64,000 nucleotides of DNA from Candidatus Bathyarchaeota archaeon (GCA_963828195.1 CAWHDT010000005.1:224001-288000), one strand, 5' to 3'. Counted from the stretch's first letter, positions 20,313 through 30,411 are shown. Notes: generated by a model from the letters alone, not told the origin. Numbers and translations are program-made.

Positions 20313-20525
20313 AGTGCGCTCATCTTCCCAGTGCTCCTAACTTTGCGAGGGTTGAACTTAAAAGTGTCAATACACAAAGTATTGAAATTTAACTCTTAAG
20401 CCCGTTACCATAAGCTCAACGTCTTAACTGTGACAGCTAACTTAAAGTTTTTTCTTGCTAATTTCAGACCCGATTTTTTCCAGACTTCCACAGGAGTATT
20501 TGGTTAAAAGTCAAAAAACTTGATT

Positions 20526-21122
20526 TTAATTTGTTACCGTGAATTGGAAGCTACAGGTAGCGTTCTGAAATGAGTACCCATGAGTTGATGGCAGGATAGT
20601 TAAGAGAGGTTTAGACGTTCCGACCGCCATAGCTTGTACGCCCCACGTTACACTAATGCTTGTTCCAGTTCTCGTTGCTGAGGGTACTGATGTCGAGGTA
20701 GTTGAATTATTTGGTTGAGCAAATGATAGGACCCCATTAGTTCCAGAAATCGAGTCATCCAAACCAGCTATTTTAGGAATTATCTTTGGGTTTGACGTCT
20801 GATAATCTGTGAAGTTTATAATTAAAGTGTCCGTGTTACCCACGTTCATTAAGATGATTTGTGGAATCGTCTCTGATTGGTTATCCGTAGTGTAGGTTGA
20901 ACCGTAAGCCCCACCGTTACCCTTACCGTAATAATAGCCAAGTACAGTCACTGAGGTAATTACCGTATTAACACTTGTAGCTTTCGTCGGCACTGATTCA
21001 TATGCTATTGTTCCGCCTATTGCAGCGATTATAACTAAAGCCAAGAATATTGCTAATATTTTCTTGTTCATTTCTATCTTGTGTAGACTATTTTTATGCA
21101 ATGCAGATTTAAGACTTTGCAC
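20526..21122 (-). CDS. hypothetical secreted or membrane-anchored Thr/Ser-rich protein
   Basis: MNKKILAIFLALVIIAAIGG N-terminal hydrophobic segment; several N-x-S/T sequons. Confidence 0.65.
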   Translation of the reverse strand: MQSLKSALHKNSLHKIEMNKKILAIFLALVIIAAIGGTIAYESVPTKATSVNTVITSVTVLGYYYGKGNGGAYGSTYTTDNQSETIPQIILMNVGNTDTLIINFTDYQTSNPKIIPKIAGLDDSISGTNGVLSFAQPNNSTTSTSVPSATRTGTSISVTWGVQAMAVGTSKPLLTILPSTHGYSFQNATCSFQFTVTN

Positions 21123-21265
21123 GCATTACTTGATGAAAATAGCTTTTTATGTGAAAAGGCTTCTAAAAATGTCACTAAATATGTCAAATAGCTTTTCTGT
21201 GTAGATCAAGAGATTAAGTATTAGCACTCAGAAATTTAGTATATTTTTTCTCAAATCTATAGCAC

Positions 21266-21511
21266 TTAGGATTTAAGTCTCTTCGTTAAACGTATCATGT
21301 AGCGTTTCTCATCCACGTTTCTTATGCGGCTGTCAATTAGCCCATGGCTTTTCGCTTCGCCTACGACTTCGTCGAAGGACACAACTTGGGGATTTGCAGA
21401 TTTCTTGTTTGTTATAACTATCCAGATTTCATGGTATTTTTCTTTGTTTTCCTCAAAAAACCGCCTAAGCTCAGCCAAACTCTTAGGTTCAAAAGTTACC
21501 GATTCAGCCAA
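21266..21511 (-). CDS. hypothetical protein (YdeI N-terminal-like)
   Basis: ELRRFFEEN...EIWIV...GLIDS pattern. Confidence 0.55.
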   Translation of the reverse strand: MAESVTFEPKSLAELRRFFEENKEKYHEIWIVITNKKSANPQVVSFDEVVGEAKSHGLIDSRIRNVDEKRYMIRLTKRLKS

Positions 21512-21583
21512 GACCTAACGCCTTCATTTAATCTGCTACCGTTTTTACCTATTAGTGTTTGTTGCTTGCTCCTGAGAAACGGT

Positions 21584-22396
21584 TCACGGACTTGACCTAA
21601 GGGGTTTTCGTTTTCTCATATAAAGCAGTAGAGGCACAAAGAAAACTACCCAAACAAGAATAATAATGGGCAGAATTATCAAAGTTGGGAACTCTGGAAC
21701 GGTTGGATATGGGCTTGGTGAAGTAGATGTGGAAACTTCAGGCATTGTGAATGTTTGGGTTGGACCCCAACCGCTTGTTTTATATGCAAAAAGTGTTGTG
21801 TTAATAAAAAGTGGAATGCTTTGTCCACCGACATTTACTTGAGTCGTATAATTATAGCCTAAAATTGCTTCGACCTGAAAATCTGCTTCATCCCCAGCCT
21901 GATAACCTGCTGGATATTGGATTGTTGTGTTTTCGGAACTCGACTGAGACCAAAGATAGAAGTAGCCGACTTGTACAGTCCCTGAAGTGAAGTTCATTGG
22001 AAAATAAGTAAACGACTCCGTTTCCCAATCTGAAGAATCTCCAAAGTGTGGCTTTGTCCTAATATTATAATATAGATTAGTTGCGTAGCCATTAACAGAA
22101 GAGGGGAAAGGTTGATTTTCAATAGTTATGTTGATGGCTATGTTTTCAATACGATGTTCAGGTATAGTTGTAGTCGTTGTTTTGTTGGTGTAGGGGTCTG
22201 TTGTGGAAGTTGTGGTTGGAGGTACAATGTTAAATGTGTCTGAATACTTCAAACTGAATTCTGGAACAGACGGCGTAGGTATCTGTATTGATGTAGGCGC
22301 AGGTGTCTGAGCAAATGCTGGTTTAGCCATTATTAGACTTGAGGCCGCTAAAGCAACAATGAGAAATACTGAAAAACCCTTGCTCCTGCTGTTCAT
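21584..22396 (-). CDS. secreted surface protein with C-terminal VPEF-TM-basic sorting signal
   Basis: signal peptide, PTPSVPEF, C-terminal PTVPEF, TM helix, MRKRK; paralogue of 35427..36266. Confidence 0.75.
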   Translation of the reverse strand: MNSRSKGFSVFLIVALAASSLIMAKPAFAQTPAPTSIQIPTPSVPEFSLKYSDTFNIVPPTTTSTTDPYTNKTTTTTIPEHRIENIAINITIENQPFPSSVNGYATNLYYNIRTKPHFGDSSDWETESFTYFPMNFTSGTVQVGYFYLWSQSSSENTTIQYPAGYQAGDEADFQVEAILGYNYTTQVNVGGQSIPLFINTTLFAYKTSGWGPTQTFTMPEVSTSTSPSPYPTVPEFPTLIILPIIILVWVVFFVPLLLYMRKRKPLRSSP

Positions 22397-22552
22397 AATT
22401 AAGGTGAAGAAAGGCTTGCGATAAAAGGCTATTCGTAAAAGTTCCTTGACTAAGCTTTGTCAACGTTTCTTGACTTGACTCTGGGCAGATTTAAGATTTA
22501 TCTTGAAAAACTGGTTGAGCCTACTTTCTTTTCTTTCAGCCAAATTATTTTT

Positions 22553-23968
22553 CTAATTTTTATTCTTGCGGCTGAGTTTCAGTTTTGCCGAGCCTTTTAG
22601 GTGCACCAGAATTGTTATGCCCGTGGCGAGGGTCCAGAATTTTCTTTTGCGGTAGTTATGGGTGAAGTAGCCTGGGCGCAGGTAGAAGTGGTGGAATGCG
22701 CTTTCGCGAAGGGTTCCCAACACCGCCATTTTCATCATGGGCGTCTCAAAAACAGGTTTGGTCGTATCGTACCGGTCAAAGTCGGTTATTCGCAGCCAGC
22801 CCTTCTCTTTTACCAAATCGTACATCGGTGTTCCAGGAAAAGGCGTAGCCACATTGTAGAATCCCACGTCGTCGGGCGAGATTTTCTCTATAAACTTTAT
22901 TGTTTTCCACGCGCTCTCCTTTGTGTCCCCCGGAAAGCCCAGGATAACGTTCGGAATCGGCTTCAAACCCAGCTCCCTTACCCAACCGAAAACCTTCGCC
23001 GTCAACTCGGGAGTGATCCCTTTTTTCATCGCGTCCAAAACCTGCTGCGACCCAGATTCCACCCCGAACCAAACCGAGATGCAGCCTGCCTCCTTCATCT
23101 TCCCAAGCAACTCTTTTGTCAGCATGTCAACGCGGGTGCCGCAGTTCCACTGGATTTTCAATCCGCGTTTTAGGATTTCACTGCAAAGCGCCTCGGTTCT
23201 GGGCTGATCTACTGTGAAGGCGTCGTCGCAAAAAGTGAATGTGCTGATGCCGTAGGTTTTGTGCAGAAGCTCTATTTCGTCCACGACGTTTTTTGGGCTT
23301 CGCATGCGGTATTTGCGTCCATGCATTCTTACTGTTGTGCAGAATTCGCACCAGTAAACGCAGCCGCGGCTCGTAGCCAAGTAAAGAACGTTCTCGTATT
23401 TGCCGAAAGCTTCCATCGGCCAGAGATGGCGGGCTGGAAATGGCAGCGAATCCAAATCTTCAATGTAGGGTCTATCGGGGTTCCTGACGATTTTTCCGTC
23501 TTTTCGGCAAGTGGTGCCAACGACGTCAGAGTAGTTTTTGCCCGCTTCGATTCTCTGAATCAACTCTAACAGCGTGTTTTCTCCTTCGCGGCGAATTACG
23601 ATGTCCAGTTCAGGGCACTCCTCAAGCGCTTTGTCATCCCAGAAGGTAACATGGGGTCCACCGGCAAGGGTTATGCAGTTTGGGCAAACCTCTTTGGCAA
23701 TCTTCACCAGTTTCAGACCCGCCTGATAGGTAAGCGTGGAAGATGTGACCCCAACGATGTCTGGATGACGCTTGCTGATCTCCTTTCTAAAATCTTCAGG
23801 GGACATTTTCACGATTTGGCAGTCAATTACGTCAACTTGATAGTTGTTTTTCTCTAAAACAGCAGCCAAATAACCTAAACCTAACAATGCAAAAGGCAAA
23901 TGCATTGCTGCGCCGACAGGTGCAGCTGGATTAACCAAGGTTACATGAGGCTTCATTTTCGGCGTCAC
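22553..23968 (-). CDS. cobalamin-dependent radical SAM protein
   Basis: N-terminal B12-binding domain (LGLGYLAA, GGPH), SRGCVYWCEFC CxxxCxxC. Confidence 0.92.
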   Translation of the reverse strand: MTPKMKPHVTLVNPAAPVGAAMHLPFALLGLGYLAAVLEKNNYQVDVIDCQIVKMSPEDFRKEISKRHPDIVGVTSSTLTYQAGLKLVKIAKEVCPNCITLAGGPHVTFWDDKALEECPELDIVIRREGENTLLELIQRIEAGKNYSDVVGTTCRKDGKIVRNPDRPYIEDLDSLPFPARHLWPMEAFGKYENVLYLATSRGCVYWCEFCTTVRMHGRKYRMRSPKNVVDEIELLHKTYGISTFTFCDDAFTVDQPRTEALCSEILKRGLKIQWNCGTRVDMLTKELLGKMKEAGCISVWFGVESGSQQVLDAMKKGITPELTAKVFGWVRELGLKPIPNVILGFPGDTKESAWKTIKFIEKISPDDVGFYNVATPFPGTPMYDLVKEKGWLRITDFDRYDTTKPVFETPMMKMAVLGTLRESAFHHFYLRPGYFTHNYRKRKFWTLATGITILVHLKGSAKLKLSRKNKN

Positions 23969-24137
23969 ATTAATCCCTCAAAAAAGGGAAGCTTTCACGC
24001 TTAAACGTTTCGCATTTTTCAGCTCCCAGGCACTTTGGACGATTTGACTAAAAATCAAAGAAAAAAACGTTTAAGCTGCCTATGTAACCGAAAACTCTAA
24101 AGCGTTCGATAAGGTATTTTCCCAGAAAGCACCAGTC

Positions 24138-24212
24138 GGGCCGGTAGATCAGCTCGGTATGATCGCCGCGTTCGCAACGCGGAAGCCGCGGGTTCAAATC
24201 CCGCCCGGTCCA
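24138..24212 (+). tRNA. tRNA-Ala(CGC)
   Basis: GGGCCGG/CCGGTCC acceptor stem with G3:U70, anticodon arm CCGCG-TTCGCAA-CGCGG, GGTTCAAATCC T-arm. Confidence 0.95.
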
Positions 24213-24230
24213 TAATTAAACTCAATTTGT

Positions 24231-24665
24231 CTATTCAAGCTCTTCCAAAAAAAGCAAGGTAACGCCAAATGATTTTTTTCCCATTTCGTCTGCCAACTCT
24301 TGCTCTTGACGAGCAAAAATGGCGTTACCGGCAATTTTATGAGCCAACGCCAAAATGAAGCAGTCGGGAAGCGAAATGGCTCTCTGACATTTTATTTTGG
24401 CCGCTTCGTCGATCAAATGGAAGGTGTCTTCAACCTTAAAATATCCTGAAGCAAGAAGTTTGCTTACTCTTTCTTTTGATTGTTGCCATCCAAGTTTTCT
24501 ACATAGGACATATCGCAGCTCTGTTATGGCTAGCTCTGTTGTGTAGGCTTCAACCATGTCGGTTTCGAGAGCTTTTTTTAGCTTTTGTCCCAAGTCATCG
24601 CAGTATATTAGCTCAATTAGTGCGCTCGTGTCTATTGCTAATTTTCCTCTCAAGTCTTTCATCAT
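24231..24665 (-). CDS. vapC: PIN-domain toxin (VapC family)
   Basis: AIDTSALI, ITELRY, ISLPDCFILA. Confidence 0.85.
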   Translation of the reverse strand: MMKDLRGKLAIDTSALIELIYCDDLGQKLKKALETDMVEAYTTELAITELRYVLCRKLGWQQSKERVSKLLASGYFKVEDTFHLIDEAAKIKCQRAISLPDCFILALAHKIAGNAIFARQEQELADEMGKKSFGVTLLFLEELE

Positions 24666-24891
24666 CGTTCTTCCGTTCTGTTTCTAATTCTTCAAGCGCT
24701 TCTTTAACGCCTATGATTGGGCTGCATGCTTCTTCCAGCAACCGAGGGTTTTTATCTTGCTGGTCCACCAAGAAACGAAGGGCTTCGTTTAGGTCAACTC
24801 GTCGCCCCCTCTTGATTTGAAGTTCGGATGCGACCTTCAAGAGTTTTTCTTTGACGTCCTCAGTTACCGATATCGTAGTCATAGAGATCAT
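24613..24891 (-). CDS. putative VapB-type antitoxin
   Basis: TTISVTEDVKEKL DNA-binding-type N-terminus; overlaps the PIN gene. Confidence 0.75.
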   Translation of the reverse strand: MISMTTISVTEDVKEKLLKVASELQIKRGRRVDLNEALRFLVDQQDKNPRLLEEACSPIIGVKEALEELETERKNDDERLERKISNRHERTN

Positions 24892-24968
24892 AATAACTAT
24901 AGCAACTATAGCAGATATACCTATCTGGCTTTATCTGCGTGAATTTACGCATAAGCCGTTTAGAAATT

Positions 24969-25019
24969 ATCGCCGCGATCGCAACACGGAAGCCGCCGGT
25001 TCAAATCCCGCCCAGTCCA
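24969..25019 (+). repeat. degenerate copy of tRNA-Ala 3' portion (att-like)
   Basis: 47/51 identical to 24162..24212 by manual alignment. Confidence 0.9.
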
Positions 25020-25031
25020 CTCATCAAATCT

Positions 25032-25385
25032 TCAACTTTTTCTTATTTTGCGCACCCTTATTTTTTTCTCTGAGACAATCATAACGTTTCCAAGAATAGC
25101 ATCACTATGAGAAGCCAGGATGAAAGAAACAATTTTCACCTTGTTTTCGATGGTCTCATCTTTTAGTCTCAACAGGATCACTCCCGGTAGCCTGTTAAAA
25201 CCTTCAAGCCTACCGAAGTATTTATCGTTGGTCACAATTACGCGGTTTTCCTCAACTGCTTTTAGCACAATTTCCTCGTCCGATGCGCCCTTCATGTATT
25301 CAATTACAGAAACTGAGTCAAATCCCATTTGAGCTAGTTTTTTAGAAACCCAAATGCCAGTACACTCATCAACTAAAAACTTCAA
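25032..25385 (-). CDS. PIN-like protein (DUF5615/Mut7-C type toxin)
   Basis: MKFLVDEC, SDEEI, RVIVTNDKYFG, GVILLRL. Confidence 0.85.
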   Translation of the reverse strand: MKFLVDECTGIWVSKKLAQMGFDSVSVIEYMKGASDEEIVLKAVEENRVIVTNDKYFGRLEGFNRLPGVILLRLKDETIENKVKIVSFILASHSDAILGNVMIVSEKKIRVRKIRKS

Positions 25386-25395
25386 AGAACCAAGC

Positions 25396-25677
25396 TCATG
25401 TAATGATTACTGGGTAAACTTCTTCTTCACCGGCGACTTTGGACGCGTAAAGCAGGACAGCGGCAACATCATCTTTAGATAGATGCGGATAATCCTTCAG
25501 GATTTCTTTTGCGGTTAAACCCTGAGCGAGCAGCTTTAACACTTGTTCTACAGTGATCCTTGTGCCTTTTACAATAGGTTTTCCACCCATAACTTTTGGG
25601 TCCACGACGATAAGTTCCAAGAGTTCTTCTTCGGTTTTCATTACCTGAACCTTCAAGTACGATAATAGGCAGTCCAT
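25396..25677 (-). CDS. DUF433 antitoxin
   Basis: DPKVMGGKPIVKGTRITV, EILKDYPHL; likely start ATG 25641. Confidence 0.9.
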   Translation of the reverse strand: MDCLLSYLKVQVMKTEEELLELIVVDPKVMGGKPIVKGTRITVEQVLKLLAQGLTAKEILKDYPHLSKDDVAAVLLYASKVAGEEEVYPVIIT

Positions 25678-25716
25678 CTAATAAATGACTTAATAGGAGT
25701 TAGCCAAAACGTTAAC

Positions 25717-25767
25717 ATCGCCGCGTTCGTAACGCCGAAGCCCCGTGGTTCAAATCCCCGCGATCCA
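25717..25767 (+). repeat. second, more degenerate copy of tRNA-Ala 3' portion
   Basis: ATCGCCGCGTTCGTAACGCCGAAGCCCCGTGGTTCAAATCCCCGCGATCCA starts at the same tRNA position as the first copy. Confidence 0.85.
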
Positions 25768-25792
25768 TCAAATCTGAATTGTTTATTAGAAC

Positions 25793-26443
25793 GTGGCTGC
25801 TTATTTTTCTTTGAGCGTTTTTTGGTTAGTGACGAAGATGGCGTCTACATTTTTTAGCAAAACCAGAATGGAAGCTTTGGCAGACGGGATATTCGCCACA
25901 GTCATGACCATTTTGGTGCTCAGCCTAGTTGTCCCCACGATCACCGGATCAATGGGTACGACGGGGTTACAAACTGCCCTGTACAACCTCATTCCAGACC
26001 TGTTCGCATATGTTATCACGTTCATTCTTCTGGGGGTTCTATGGATTGGCCACCAAGCCTCGTTTAGCCACATCACAAGGATTGACCGCAGGCTTCTCTG
26101 GGTAAATTTACTTCAGTTGATGGGTGTCGGTTTGATTCCGTTTGCCACAGCGCTGCTGGGAAGGTATCCTATGCAACCCATCGCAGTCGTGATTTACGGA
26201 TCAAATGGGCTGGCAGTCACAGCTCTCTACATCGTTCTTTGGTATTACCCCAGGCTGAAGAATCTGGCTCATGAAGAGCCGAGCCCTGAAGTAACGACCT
26301 ATCGAGGCAGAGTGGTCATTGTGGGACCCATTATCTACGCTTTAGCTATCGGCTTCGCATATGTCTCAGTTTATGTCAGTTTGGCTTTGTATGCTGCGGT
26401 CACAGTTTTCTACATAGCGTTTGGGGGAAGATATACTCACTAA
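25793..26443 (+). CDS. TMEM175-family potassium channel
   Basis: RMEALADGIFATVMTILVL, W..H, LIPFAT motifs; about 6 TM helices; start probably ATG 25838. Confidence 0.88.
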   Translation: MAAYFSLSVFWLVTKMASTFFSKTRMEALADGIFATVMTILVLSLVVPTITGSMGTTGLQTALYNLIPDLFAYVITFILLGVLWIGHQASFSHITRIDRRLLWVNLLQLMGVGLIPFATALLGRYPMQPIAVVIYGSNGLAVTALYIVLWYYPRLKNLAHEEPSPEVTTYRGRVVIVGPIIYALAIGFAYVSVYVSLALYAAVTVFYIAFGGRYTH

Positions 26444-26761
26444 AAGGTGATTTTACGCTATGGCAGCTGCTTGAAGCATACGCAAATTTGACAGGCTAAT
26501 GGCGGTTAATTTTCTTTTGAAGTCTTATCTCGTCAAGTTTTCGCTCTTCTGTAGCTCCTCAATTGCTAACCGAGATCCAAAGACCAGTTCGCATGCTTGT
26601 TCAAGCAATTTGTGGTTCATATCTTGCCGAACAAAAACTGCTTTGTAGGCCCACCGACATGAATTTATCTAATTGCTTACCCACTATATCAGTTGGTGTG
26701 ATACTTTACGGAAAACGGCGCTTCAGAAAATCTGTCAGTTGACGATGCCATCATAGATTAT

Positions 26762-27703
26762 TTGTCTAAGAAAAGCGTAACTGACAAAACAGAAAAATTG
26801 GCGCTTGCTCGAATCAGCAGCAAAATGGAAATCAGCAGCCAACAAGTGGAAATGAGCATCAACAGATTAAGCGCAAAAAATTTAATACGCAAAATCTATT
26901 TGCAGGGAACAGTGGGTTTTGAGTTGACTCCCAGGGGGAAGTCAGCTATCGAAGCTTTAGCTAAAGCCGAAACAGACCGCATTACCAAGCAGCTGCAGGA
27001 AGCAATTCAGCAGGAAAGAAAAGCTAAACTGCGGTCAGCCACAGTTAACAGGATGAATTCGGCTGCTGACGTTTGGCTGGGCTACCAAATACCCGACAAT
27101 AAACTCATTGACAAGATTGAGCGGGAAGCCGAGAGCTTTCTTGCGGCAGCAAAAGAAATTCAAGATAAACAGCCTTCGTGCCAAGTTGACCCTGAAAACT
27201 ATGAACAAAAATTCAGCCAGTACAGACCTGAAGTAGAAAAACTAACAGCGCGAAACAGGAGCCTAACCGCTGCCTTGAACAATTATGCAAAAATCGAAAA
27301 TAATCTGCAATCCCTAACGGCTGACATCAAAAGTATCAACAGAACGTTAAGTAAGTACGAAGCCATCGGCGAAGCTGCTTCCCAGATAAGTCAACTAAAA
27401 GCTTCTCTTAGTAGATTAAGCCAAATTCAGTCTCAACTGGAAAGCTTTGACAGGGATAAATTGGGTCAAATCGCGGAACTATTGACTCAGCTCAGCGACA
27501 ATTACCGCCTTTTGGAAAATCTGAAGAAGCCCACTCATGAATTTAAGGCAATTAAAAAAGAAAACCTGTCAGAAAAGACAATTCAGTACGCGGACCCTGA
27601 AGGCCCAGTTAAGTATGCGCACAAAACAGGCGGGTCCCCAGTGCTGGAAAAATGCGGCAAATGTGGAGCGACACGAAGACTAACGTCTGTCAACATCGGG
27701 TAA
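26762..27703 (+). CDS. hypothetical protein, winged-helix N-terminus plus coiled coil and C-terminal CxxC
   Basis: INRLSAKNLI...FELTPRG wing motif; long helical region; CGKCG. Confidence 0.65.
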   Translation: MSKKSVTDKTEKLALARISSKMEISSQQVEMSINRLSAKNLIRKIYLQGTVGFELTPRGKSAIEALAKAETDRITKQLQEAIQQERKAKLRSATVNRMNSAADVWLGYQIPDNKLIDKIEREAESFLAAAKEIQDKQPSCQVDPENYEQKFSQYRPEVEKLTARNRSLTAALNNYAKIENNLQSLTADIKSINRTLSKYEAIGEAASQISQLKASLSRLSQIQSQLESFDRDKLGQIAELLTQLSDNYRLLENLKKPTHEFKAIKKENLSEKTIQYADPEGPVKYAHKTGGSPVLEKCGKCGATRRLTSVNIG

Positions 27704-27785
27704 ACTGGTTTTTTCCCACAACTATTTTTTGCCACGACGCGTGGTTATTCGGAGATGCTGAACTGTTTTGCTCAGGAGAACCCGG

Positions 27786-28442
27786 CTACTTTTGGGCGAG
27801 AAAAGCATTCCACGGCGAACCGACTTCGGTGAACACTTGAATATCAGCAAAGCCAACTGACCGCATAGCATTTTGAATTTCCTCAAGCGGGATGAGTTTT
27901 ACATGTGTTTCCTTGACCACTTTTGCAGGTGAGACCCCATACATCATTTCATTTACTAAAAGCAGTTTTCCGCCTGGCTTTAGCACACGTTTAATTTCCG
28001 CTAAAGCGTCAGGAAAATTGGTCCAAAAATAATAAGTTTCAAATGCGGTTACCAAATCAAAGAAGTCATCTTTAAAACCTATTTTTTCAACCGATCCCTC
28101 GATTATTTCCACTCGGTTTTGAGCAATCAACAGTTTATTACTTTTCTTGGAGAATTTCACCATGTCAACTGAATAGTCAATGCCGAATACTTTTCCTTTA
28201 GGCGTCAGCTGGGCTAATTTGCTGACTGTTTTTCCGCCGCCGCACCCTACATCCAAAATCGTGTCTGAGGGACCAATGGTTACTTTTGTGAGCCCCCACC
28301 GCGTAATCGTCTCATGATGTCGGTTCATCATTTTAGCAACTATTCTGCCGCGAAAACCCCTGGGGCATCGATATTGATCCTCCAGCTTGAACAGCTTAGC
28401 CGCCATCAGATTTACTCCGTTAAACCAGCTAACCAACGCCAT
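27786..28442 (-). CDS. class I SAM-dependent methyltransferase
   Basis: LDVGCGGG, GIDYS, AFETYYFW, RVLKPGG. Confidence 0.9.
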   Translation of the reverse strand: MALVSWFNGVNLMAAKLFKLEDQYRCPRGFRGRIVAKMMNRHHETITRWGLTKVTIGPSDTILDVGCGGGKTVSKLAQLTPKGKVFGIDYSVDMVKFSKKSNKLLIAQNRVEIIEGSVEKIGFKDDFFDLVTAFETYYFWTNFPDALAEIKRVLKPGGKLLLVNEMMYGVSPAKVVKETHVKLIPLEEIQNAMRSVGFADIQVFTEVGSPWNAFLAQK

Positions 28443-28584
28443 AGGTTGGTATAAGGCTTAAGAGCCAAAGTCGGGGAATAGGAGCAAACTTCGAATCATC
28501 TGAGGCTCAGCAAAGGAGCTTTTTCCCGTTTTTCAGCGTGATTGTTATTAAGTTCCAGTTTTATCTTCATTAAAGCATCTGCAA

Positions 28585-29136
28585 GTGGGAATAATGAAAA
28601 AAACCAAATTATTAATCTTCACCGCATTGGCAGCTGTGTTGTTAATGTCGTCGATGGCTATTCCAGCGTTTGCCACCTCGGTTCCGCCCTTCACGCTTCA
28701 GGGGTCAGTAAACCAATTGATTTACGTTATGCACGCGGGAACTACCTTCAACGGCACAATCTCGACTACAGGTCCCGTTCGCTTTTGGACGAGCGATCCG
28801 AACGGCTTTGAAATTGTGAATTTAGGCATAATTGATACAACTACAACATTCAACTTTACCGCTCCGCTAAACGGAACCTACATTTTCAATTTCGAGGAAG
28901 ATCTAGGCAACTCCATCCAGGTGACATTCTCGTATGTAACAAACCATCCTATCTCAAGCGTCAACAATTCACCGGGATTTTCCGACGTTTATTTTCTGAT
29001 AACCGTGATTATCGCCATCGTCGGAAGCATACTGATAGTCTTCATCATCCGACGCAAAAACAAAAGTCCGCCTTCCAAAGCTCGGAACACTTCCCCTACA
29101 AACCCAGCATCCCCCAACCCACCTTCAAGTATTTAG
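28585..29136 (+). CDS. single-pass membrane protein, beta-sandwich (GOLD-like) ectodomain
   Basis: signal peptide, FTAPLNGTYIFNF, C-terminal TM helix followed by RRK. Confidence 0.6.
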   Translation: MGIMKKTKLLIFTALAAVLLMSSMAIPAFATSVPPFTLQGSVNQLIYVMHAGTTFNGTISTTGPVRFWTSDPNGFEIVNLGIIDTTTTFNFTAPLNGTYIFNFEEDLGNSIQVTFSYVTNHPISSVNNSPGFSDVYFLITVIIAIVGSILIVFIIRRKNKSPPSKARNTSPTNPASPNPPSSI

Positions 29137-30280
29137 TTAAGCATTCAATTGCTATTACGGCTATTTTTTTTCCCTCTTTTTCAGCCTGCTCAATACTTTC
29201 CTCAAGTTTACCCATCTCGCCTTTTGCATCTTTAGATTTTGGGGCAAGCAGGTTCTTAGTTCCGACAATTTGCAGGCAGACGAAGCCCACGAATAGCGGG
29301 AACCAGAAAATAGCGCTTCTCAACACTACCGCTGCAATCCCGCTGAAGCCTGGGCTTATTCCATAGATTACTAAAATGGTTGCTATGAAAATTTCAAGTG
29401 AGCCGACTGAGAAGCTTGCTGTTGCATCTTGAAATGCTGTGGTGATGAAGAAAACAACTATGTAGAATTCCGGGGTTGCCGAGGGTACTCCCAGTGCATA
29501 AAAAATGAATATGTAAACGGATAAGCCAAGAAGGTACGAAATTGAGTGGAGAGTGAAGGGTTTTATTAGTAGGCGCGGTTTTTTGCGGAACGTTTGGAAT
29601 CCGTTGTAGAAGTTTGCCAGCGATTCTTGGGTTTTCTCCATGCTAGTTTTGAGGTAACTTTTGGGTCTGAATATTTTAAGTAATTTAAGGTAAAATTTCG
29701 CGATGTTTCTTGCCGCTTGCTTGGAAAACGCCAGATAAAGAAGCACACCCATGTATATTGTTACGCCTACCAAAAACAAAATGAAAATGTTTGTTATGAA
29801 TGATGGGATGCCGGGTTTGAATAGTATTAATGCGGCTCCGCTGTATAATCCGACGGTTACGACTGTGTAGGCAACTATACGGTTAGTTACAGCGACCGCT
29901 CCAAGTGCGCCGTAGCTTTCTTTTGTCTCTTTCTGGACCAGATATAACCTGGTTAATTCGCCACAGACGGTTACGCATGGAATAACTAAATCTGTAAAGT
30001 AGCTGACCCAATAATACAGGTAAGCCCGTCTGTACGAAATTTTGATTGAAAGAGCCCTTAGGATGCTGTTCCACGCGGCTGACCAAAAAAATACCGAAGT
30101 CAATACTCCAGCGAGTGCAATAACGTAGAAAAATGTGAATTGCACCGAGTTAATGTGTTTTATAACTAGTAAAATTTGGTTAAAACCGATGAAGAAGTAA
30201 AGATAGATGGCAAAAACTATCAAGCCTATGACCATGACGAAAAGTGACCTTTTAACTGAGAAGTATTTTGCTAACGACAC
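29096..30280 (-). CDS. lysylphosphatidylglycerol synthase TM / flippase-like membrane protein
   Basis: multi-TM; IPCVTVCGELTR, GSLE, R..FW pattern. Confidence 0.8.
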   Translation of the reverse strand: MSLAKYFSVKRSLFVMVIGLIVFAIYLYFFIGFNQILLVIKHINSVQFTFFYVIALAGVLTSVFFWSAAWNSILRALSIKISYRRAYLYYWVSYFTDLVIPCVTVCGELTRLYLVQKETKESYGALGAVAVTNRIVAYTVVTVGLYSGAALILFKPGIPSFITNIFILFLVGVTIYMGVLLYLAFSKQAARNIAKFYLKLLKIFRPKSYLKTSMEKTQESLANFYNGFQTFRKKPRLLIKPFTLHSISYLLGLSVYIFIFYALGVPSATPEFYIVVFFITTAFQDATASFSVGSLEIFIATILVIYGISPGFSGIAAVVLRSAIFWFPLFVGFVCLQIVGTKNLLAPKSKDAKGEMGKLEESIEQAEKEGKKIAVIAIECLTKYLKVGWGMLGL

Positions 30281-30411
30281 GCATAGTCACTCTATTCTTA
30301 ATCGGAAATCTATGCTAGTATCACAGCAAAGTTATATTCTTTTTCTGCCAAACCCTAACTGGGTTCGGATTCAAACAGGCTACAAACGTGTCGATGCGGG
30401 TTCCTCGGCAC

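Noticed and set aside
24969-25767. Additional functional or split tRNA genes
   Set aside because: The copies lack the 5' acceptor and D-arm strands, carry stem-breaking changes, and show no obvious complementary leader for trans-splicing.
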